Source: Candidatus Daviesbacteria bacterium (GTDB lineage: Bacteria > Patescibacteriota > Microgenomatia > Daviesbacterales > UBA10151). From it: DNA of 64,000 nucleotides. The translations under genes were made by a program, and so were the position numbers. Within the stretch, counting starts at the first letter, position 1, and each line of letters begins with the position of its first letter. This document shows, one piece after another, positions 58,459 to 64,000 of this stretch. The stretch lies in NCBI GenBank assembly GCA_016432425.1, contig CP066688.1:276368-340367 (forward strand), read 5' to 3'. Under the pieces are notes generated by a model. That model saw only the letters and a list, made by a program, of their open reading frames with translations, had not been told where the DNA came from and searched no databases.

Positions 58459-60615
58459 ATGATCCCAGTCTCCTTAAAACTTTCCAACTTTACCTCTTAT
58501 AGTGAAAATGTGCCGGAACTGGATTTTACCAAGTTTCATTTGGCGGCCATTTCCGGACCTAATGGTGCCGGGAAATCCTCCTTGCTTGATGCCATTACCT
58601 GGTGTGTTTGGGGCTGGAGCAGAGCTGGGGACAACGCTGATCAACTTGTGCGGTTGGGGGCTTTAGATATGTTTGTCGAATTCAGCTTTGAGCTAGACGG
58701 ACATATTTATACTATTAAGCGCAGACGAGCTATCAAATCTGGCTCCAGCGCCCTGGAGCTTTGGAGTAATTCCCACAACCTAACTGAGGGTACCATTAAA
58801 TCTACCCAGCAAAAAATTATTAATACCCTTCATCTATCTTTTGAAACTTTTAGCAATTCAGCCTTTTTGCGCCAGGGCCACGCCGATGAATTTACTACTA
58901 AGGGTCCTTCTGATCGAAAAAGAATCCTGGCAGATATTTTAGGTCTGTTTCACTATGATGAGTTGGAAGAAAAAGCTAAAGAAAAAATTAAGGAGATTCA
59001 AAATAAACTGCAGTTGCTAAAATATCAGCTACTGGAAATTGATACTGAACTTTCACAAAAAGAGTCTCAAGAAGAAAAACGGAAAGAGACCATTTTGCAG
59101 GTAGAAAAAATTGAAGAGGAGATTAAATCTAAAGAAGCAAATTTAAAAACTCTCCAAGTTGAGCGGGAAACTTTAAATGTAGCCGAGCAACAACGGGAGA
59201 AACTACTGCAAAATTTAACTCAAAATCAACAAGAGCTCAGGGAAATTACTGAGCAAGGAGTGGAGCGCAAAAAGAAAATTGATTCTTTACAGACAGAAAT
59301 CTCTAATCTAAAAGTTGACGAAAAATTATTAACAAATTTAAGTGATTTACAAAAGGAGAAGGAAAATTTTGAAAAAATTAAACAAGAACAATTGGAGCTA
59401 AAAAATCAATTAACTAAAACTCAATCAGTAATCGATCTAAAAAATGCTGAGCTAAAAAATTTGCAAAAACAATTAGATGAGATTGAAGAAAAATTAGCGG
59501 ATTTAAAGCGAGCCGGGGCCAAATGCCCCACTTGTGGCCAAGAGATGAATACACAACATAAAAAAACTGCCGGAGATAATTTATTAGTAGAGAAAAAAGA
59601 GTTAACAGAAAAAATGGCTTTAATTGATAAAACTGCTGAAGAAAAAGCAGTAGTTGATTTAACTAAAAAAATTACTGAGCTAGTTTTTGATAATCAAAAA
59701 TACCAACAGTTAACTGCTCAACTAACAGATTTAGTAGCTTTACAGGAGCAAAAAGAAAAACTGATTCAGCTGACTGCCACCCTGGAAACAGAACAAAAAA
59801 CTTTGGTGGAACTGCGGAGTTTTTTTGTTAATAAAAAATCTCAAGTGGATAAATTAGAAATAGAATTTAAGTCCCTACTGGATGTGAGCGGAAAACTGAC
59901 TCCCCTAAATTTGGAGCTTCAGCAAACCGAAGAGCAGTTAAATAATTTAAGGGCTGAAGAAAAGGAATTGCGCGGCATACTGGGCCAAATTACTGAATTA
60001 ATCTCCAGATCAGCTCAACTAGAAAAACTGCAAAAAGAAAAATCTAGCGAAAAACAAGATTTAGAAAAACAAAAAACTATTTTTGAGGAACTCGCTTTAG
60101 CTTTTGGTAAAAAAGGTATTCAGGCGATGATTATAGAAACTGCCATCCCCGAAATAGAAGATGAGGCCAATAGATTATTGGATAAATTATCCGAAGGCCG
60201 GATGAAAATAGCACTCATTACCCAAAAAGAAACTAAAACTAAAATGGCTGGAGGCGAGCGGGGGATTGTGGAAACATTAGATATTGTCATCTCTGATGAA
60301 ATGGGTGAACGTCCTTATGAGCTATACTCAGGAGGTGAGGCTTTTAGGGTAAATATTACCCTCCGCTTAGCGCTGTCAAAACTACTGACCAGACGGGCCG
60401 GAGCTAAGTTACAATTTTTAGTCATAGATGAGGGGTTTGGCACCCAAGATGCCCAGGGCAGAACCAGAATTGTGGAAGTAATTGATGCTATCAAAGATGA
60501 TTTTGAAAAAATCGTGGTAATTACCCATCTGGAGGAGTTAAAAGAAGAATTTCCAGTTAGGATTGAAGTTTCTAAAAATAGTGGTGGATCTACGTTTGAA
60601 CTAATCGGAGATTAG
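58459..60615 (+). CDS. sbcC: SMC-like ATPase SbcC (Rad50-like)
   Basis: GPNGAGKS, zinc hook CPTCG, YSGGE, IDEGFGTQD and long coiled coils. Confidence 0.94.
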   Translation: MIPVSLKLSNFTSYSENVPELDFTKFHLAAISGPNGAGKSSLLDAITWCVWGWSRAGDNADQLVRLGALDMFVEFSFELDGHIYTIKRRRAIKSGSSALELWSNSHNLTEGTIKSTQQKIINTLHLSFETFSNSAFLRQGHADEFTTKGPSDRKRILADILGLFHYDELEEKAKEKIKEIQNKLQLLKYQLLEIDTELSQKESQEEKRKETILQVEKIEEEIKSKEANLKTLQVERETLNVAEQQREKLLQNLTQNQQELREITEQGVERKKKIDSLQTEISNLKVDEKLLTNLSDLQKEKENFEKIKQEQLELKNQLTKTQSVIDLKNAELKNLQKQLDEIEEKLADLKRAGAKCPTCGQEMNTQHKKTAGDNLLVEKKELTEKMALIDKTAEEKAVVDLTKKITELVFDNQKYQQLTAQLTDLVALQEQKEKLIQLTATLETEQKTLVELRSFFVNKKSQVDKLEIEFKSLLDVSGKLTPLNLELQQTEEQLNNLRAEEKELRGILGQITELISRSAQLEKLQKEKSSEKQDLEKQKTIFEELALAFGKKGIQAMIIETAIPEIEDEANRLLDKLSEGRMKIALITQKETKTKMAGGERGIVETLDIVISDEMGERPYELYSGGEAFRVNITLRLALSKLLTRRAGAKLQFLVIDEGFGTQDAQGRTRIVEVIDAIKDDFEKIVVITHLEELKEEFPVRIEVSKNSGGSTFELIGD

Positions 60616-60635
60616 TTCAAAGGAAAGCGCTGTTT

Positions 60636-60659
60636 ACTTTTGAGGTAGCGGGGGTTTAA
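60636..60659 (+). repeat. Probable divergent duplicate of the sbcC 3' end (TFEVAGV*)
   Basis: ACT TTT GAG GTA GCG GGG GTT TAA versus in-gene ACG TTT GAA CTA ATC GGA GAT TAG (TFELIGD*), with the same register to the stop. Confidence 0.6.
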
Positions 60660-60725
60660 CTCTCACCTTATTTAGCTTAAGGATTATCTATATGATCTAA
60701 TTTCAAGATGCATTAAAATAAAGTT

Positions 60726-61136
60726 ATGCTAATTTTCTTTAAAATTATACCTGCTTTAATTTCCTGGGGAGTTTTTAGTTTCATCATTTTCCAGGTGCCA
60801 TATCCAGAAAGTTTAACCTCAGCTAACTTTACCCAACTGACTTTATTTTTCTTGTCCTTATTTTTAAGCTTAACTTTTACTTTAAATATTTTCTTAAAGT
60901 ATGTAACTCTATCTATTATTTTAGCTATTAGCTTAATTATGGTTTTATTGCTTCAAGCCCTACATATTTTAAATTTAGTCACTGCCAGTTTGGTCATCAT
61001 TGCTACTGTTCTCTTAGTCAGCCACTTCCAAAGAAAAAAATCCAAAAATGGACTACCCAAAGTGACCAAATCCCTCAGATTGAATTCAAAACCAGAAGAA
61101 GGTACACTATCAAAACTGAAAAAGGTGAATCTATGA
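60726..61136 (+). CDS. Multi-pass membrane protein, hypothetical
   Basis: About four hydrophobic helices and a basic tail; overlaps the metG start. Confidence 0.7.
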   Translation: MLIFFKIIPALISWGVFSFIIFQVPYPESLTSANFTQLTLFFLSLFLSLTFTLNIFLKYVTLSIILAISLIMVLLLQALHILNLVTASLVIIATVLLVSHFQRKKSKNGLPKVTKSLRLNSKPEEGTLSKLKKVNL

Positions 61137-62560
61137 CTAACCAAAAGAAATTTTATATTACAGCAGCTATACCTTATGTTAATGCCAAACCTCATATTGG
61201 TCATGCCCTAGAATTTGTCCAAACAGATACAATGGCTCGTTACCATAAATTACTGGGAGAAGATGTTTTAACGCTTTCAGGGGGAGATGAAAATGCCCTA
61301 AAAAATGTCCAGGCAGCAGAAGTGGCTGGAGAAGATACTCAAAGTTTTATCGACCGGCATACTCAACTTTTTTTAAGTTTATCGGAAAAATTAAATGTCC
61401 AATTTGATATTTTCCAAAAAGGAAGCGATAAAGAACACCATTACCCATCTGCTCAGAAATTTTGGAAATTATGTGAAGAAGCGGGTGATATTTATAAAAA
61501 ATCTTACAGCGGCCTTTACTGCGTCGGCTGTGAACAATTCTATTCTCCTGACGAGCTAAATGAAAATGGCGAATGTTTTGAACATCCCGGGAAAAAATTG
61601 GATGAGGTAGAAGAAGAGAATTACTTTTTCAAACTCTCCAAATATCAAGATCAATTAATTAAATTAATAGAATCAGAAGAATATCAAATTGTGCCTAACT
61701 TTAGAAAAAACGAGGTGTTGTCATTTTTAAAATCTGGCCTGCAAGATATTAGCATTTCCAGAAGTAATAAAAGAGCCAAAAATTGGGGAGTACCGGTTCC
61801 GGGAGATGATACTCAAAGAATTTATGTTTGGTTCGACGCTCTAAATATTTACCAATCCGGAGTGGGATTCGGTTGGGATGAAGCAAGTTACCAAAAGTGG
61901 TGGCCGGCAGATTTACATGTTATTGGGAAAGGTATTATCAGATTTCACGCTGTTTATTGGCCAGCTTTCTTGTTGTCAGCAGGACTATCATTACCCAAAA
62001 AATTATTTGTTCATGAATATTTCACTGTTAATGGGCAAAAGATGTCCAAAACTTTAGGCAATGTTTATGATCCTATCCCCCTAGTAGAAAAATACGGCGC
62101 TGATTCGCTGCGGTATTATTGTTTAGCTAAAATTTCACCTTTCCAGGATGGAGATTTTTCCGAGGATAAATTCTTTGAGGCTTATAATGCTGATCTGGCA
62201 AATGGTTTAGGAAATTTAGTGGCCCGGGTGGCTAAACTTTGTGAGCAAAATAATATTACAGCCACTGCCCCCTCCAATGTTTGGTGTGCTGATTTGGCAA
62301 AATATATGGGAGAATTTAAATTTAATGAGGCTATCAATGTAATTTGGCAGTTAATCGCTGAGGCAGATAAAAAAATAAATGAGGAAAAACCTTGGGAGTT
62401 ATCTGGAGATAAACTGACTATAGTATTGCCGGATTTAGTCAAAAGAATCCAGGCCATAGGTTTTAACCTCCAGCCATTTTTACCCCAAACCGCCGACAAA
62501 ATCTTAAAACAGTTTTCCAGCAGTATCAAATCTGCTCCAGCTCTTTTTCCTAGGATTTAA
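61133..62560 (+). CDS. metG: Methionine--tRNA ligase
   Basis: YVNAKPHIGH, YCVGCE, YVWFDAL and KMSKT motifs. Confidence 0.97.
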   Translation: MTNQKKFYITAAIPYVNAKPHIGHALEFVQTDTMARYHKLLGEDVLTLSGGDENALKNVQAAEVAGEDTQSFIDRHTQLFLSLSEKLNVQFDIFQKGSDKEHHYPSAQKFWKLCEEAGDIYKKSYSGLYCVGCEQFYSPDELNENGECFEHPGKKLDEVEEENYFFKLSKYQDQLIKLIESEEYQIVPNFRKNEVLSFLKSGLQDISISRSNKRAKNWGVPVPGDDTQRIYVWFDALNIYQSGVGFGWDEASYQKWWPADLHVIGKGIIRFHAVYWPAFLLSAGLSLPKKLFVHEYFTVNGQKMSKTLGNVYDPIPLVEKYGADSLRYYCLAKISPFQDGDFSEDKFFEAYNADLANGLGNLVARVAKLCEQNNITATAPSNVWCADLAKYMGEFKFNEAINVIWQLIAEADKKINEEKPWELSGDKLTIVLPDLVKRIQAIGFNLQPFLPQTADKILKQFSSSIKSAPALFPRI

Positions 62561-62561
62561 A

Positions 62562-63146
62562 ATGAAAAAATTACTACCACAACCAATCGGACCAGAGAAA
62601 GTTATTTTTAAAGGAAAACTCATTGAAATAGTGGAGCAGAAAATTAAAGCTGGCGATTATGAATATACACTTGAGATGGCCAAGGTTAAGAAAATTCCGG
62701 AAAAAGAACTAAAAAAAGGCGTGGATTACATAGGTGTAACTTGTGTATTTTTCTGCCATGACGGTAAAGGTAATTTACTAATGCATAAAAGAAGCCAAAA
62801 TTGCCGGGACGAAAGAGGTCATTGGGATGTGGGTGGCGGCTCTTTAGAATTTGGTGAAAGTTTTGAAGAAGGTGTAACTCGCGAAATTAAAGAAGAATAT
62901 TGTTGCGATGTTCTAGATCTTAAATTTGTGGATGTTAAAAATGTTTTAAGAGTTAATCATAACAATAAAAAAACTCATTGGATTGCCCTATTGTTTGCTG
63001 CCCATATTGATCCCTCCCAAGTTAAAATAGGTGAACCGGAAGCAATAGAAGAGTTAGGTTGGTTTACAGAAAAAAATTGGCCTGAGCCTATCCATTCCTA
63101 TTTCCATAGTTGCTACGAAATTGTCAAAACCCACTTAATACCATGA
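62562..63146 (+). CDS. NUDIX hydrolase
   Basis: Nudix box GGSLEFGESFEEGVTREIKEEY. Confidence 0.9.
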   Translation: MKKLLPQPIGPEKVIFKGKLIEIVEQKIKAGDYEYTLEMAKVKKIPEKELKKGVDYIGVTCVFFCHDGKGNLLMHKRSQNCRDERGHWDVGGGSLEFGESFEEGVTREIKEEYCCDVLDLKFVDVKNVLRVNHNNKKTHWIALLFAAHIDPSQVKIGEPEAIEELGWFTEKNWPEPIHSYFHSCYEIVKTHLIP

Positions 63147-64000
63147 TCATTGACACCCATGCACATTTGTATTGGGAGGCTTTCCAAAAAGATTTTGATG
63201 AGGTAATTGAACGAGCGCTCACAGCGGGAGTTGAAGCAATTATTAATATCGGAGTAGATCCGGAAACTTCTCAAAAAGCAGCGCAATTGGAAAACTCTCA
63301 AATCAAATTTTACTCCAGCATCGGCATTCATCCCCACGAAGCTCTTAAGTATATCCAAAATGGACAAACATTACACGGCCGTGATACTTTTGTCCAAAAG
63401 GATATAGATAATTTAGAACAAATTTATAACAGTAATCCTAAAAAGGTTGCAGCTGTGGGGGAATGTGGTTTGGATTTTTTATTTGACCACCCTGCCTTAT
63501 TGGAGACTCCCTCCAAAAAAGTCATCTCTACCACACAAGCCAAGGCTTTACAAATACAGCTTTTTCAGGCTCAAATTGATTTGGCTAAAAAACTAAGTCT
63601 CCCACTGATAGTCCACTGCCGCGATGACCGTTCTCAAAATCCTGCCAATAGTGAGGTTTGGGATAAAACCATTGATATGACTAAAAATCACCAAGGTATT
63701 TATCATTGCTATTCAGGTCTTAAGAGAACAACGAAACGCATTATTAAGGAAACGAGATTTTTAGTTTCTTTCGCTGCCACTTTAACCTATCCCCGAAATG
63801 ATTATTTAATTGAAGCAGTCAAAATGTTACCACTAGAGCGAATTGTCCTGGAAACTGACTGCCCTTTTTTACCTCCCCAGAGTAAACGCGGTACTCGCAA
63901 CGAACCGGCTGCGGTTTTAGAAATTGGGCAAAAAATTGCCGAAATTAAAAGAATTTCCCTGACAGAAGTCGCTGAACAAACTACACGAAATGTTTTGAAA
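63143..64000 (+). CDS. tatD: TatD-family DNase (3' end runs off the window)
   Basis: Read manually from ATG 63143: MIIDTHAHL, SIGIHPHE, AVGECGLD, IVHCRD and LETDCPFLPP. Confidence 0.95.
   Translation, partial: MIIDTHAHLYWEAFQKDFDEVIERALTAGVEAIINIGVDPETSQKAAQLENSQIKFYSSIGIHPHEALKYIQNGQTLHGRDTFVQKDIDNLEQIYNSNPKKVAAVGECGLDFLFDHPALLETPSKKVISTTQAKALQIQLFQAQIDLAKKLSLPLIVHCRDDRSQNPANSEVWDKTIDMTKNHQGIYHCYSGLKRTTKRIIKETRFLVSFAATLTYPRNDYLIEAVKMLPLERIVLETDCPFLPPQSKRGTRNEPAAVLEIGQKIAEIKRISLTEVAEQTTRNVLK

Noticed and set aside
1-64000. Alternative genetic code (TGA as Gly) or tRNA/rRNA genes
   Set aside because: Core genes are full length under code 11 and several end in TGA; no cloverleaf or rRNA-like segment was recognised in the short intergenic regions.

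Overview
AT-rich, densely coding chromosomal segment whose gene content and shortened proteins point to a Patescibacteria (CPR, probably Microgenomates-type) bacterium using genetic code 11; the taxonomy is an inference. It holds mostly housekeeping genes: fusA (partial)-rpsG-rpsL-rpoC-rpoB, mltG-ruvX-sortase, alaS, ftsK-rnj-lon-like-pnp-rpsO, infB-nusA, glpX, hrcA-grpE-dnaK-dnaJ with two CIRCE boxes, lepA, murJ, pcrA, trxA, tpiA, pilN/pilO-like genes, rpsT, femAB-like, sbcDC, metG and tatD (partial). Accessory inserts include a Y1/HUH (RAYT/IS200-like) transposase between two identical hairpins and an MNT-HEPN toxin-antitoxin pair. The most unusual signal is that rpsG, rpsO, lepA, a G5/3D-domain gene and probably sbcC are each followed 44-79 nt downstream by a second, untranslatable copy of their last 8-13 codons including the stop. 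In the first four cases the copy keeps the peptide but differs at most synonymous positions and directly abuts a short REP-like hairpin. Related hairpins and 7-nt tandem repeats also sit in-frame inside many core proteins (DnaK, GrpE, DnaJ, PNPase, IF2, LepA, PcrA, SbcD). No rRNA, tRNA or CRISPR array was recognised.
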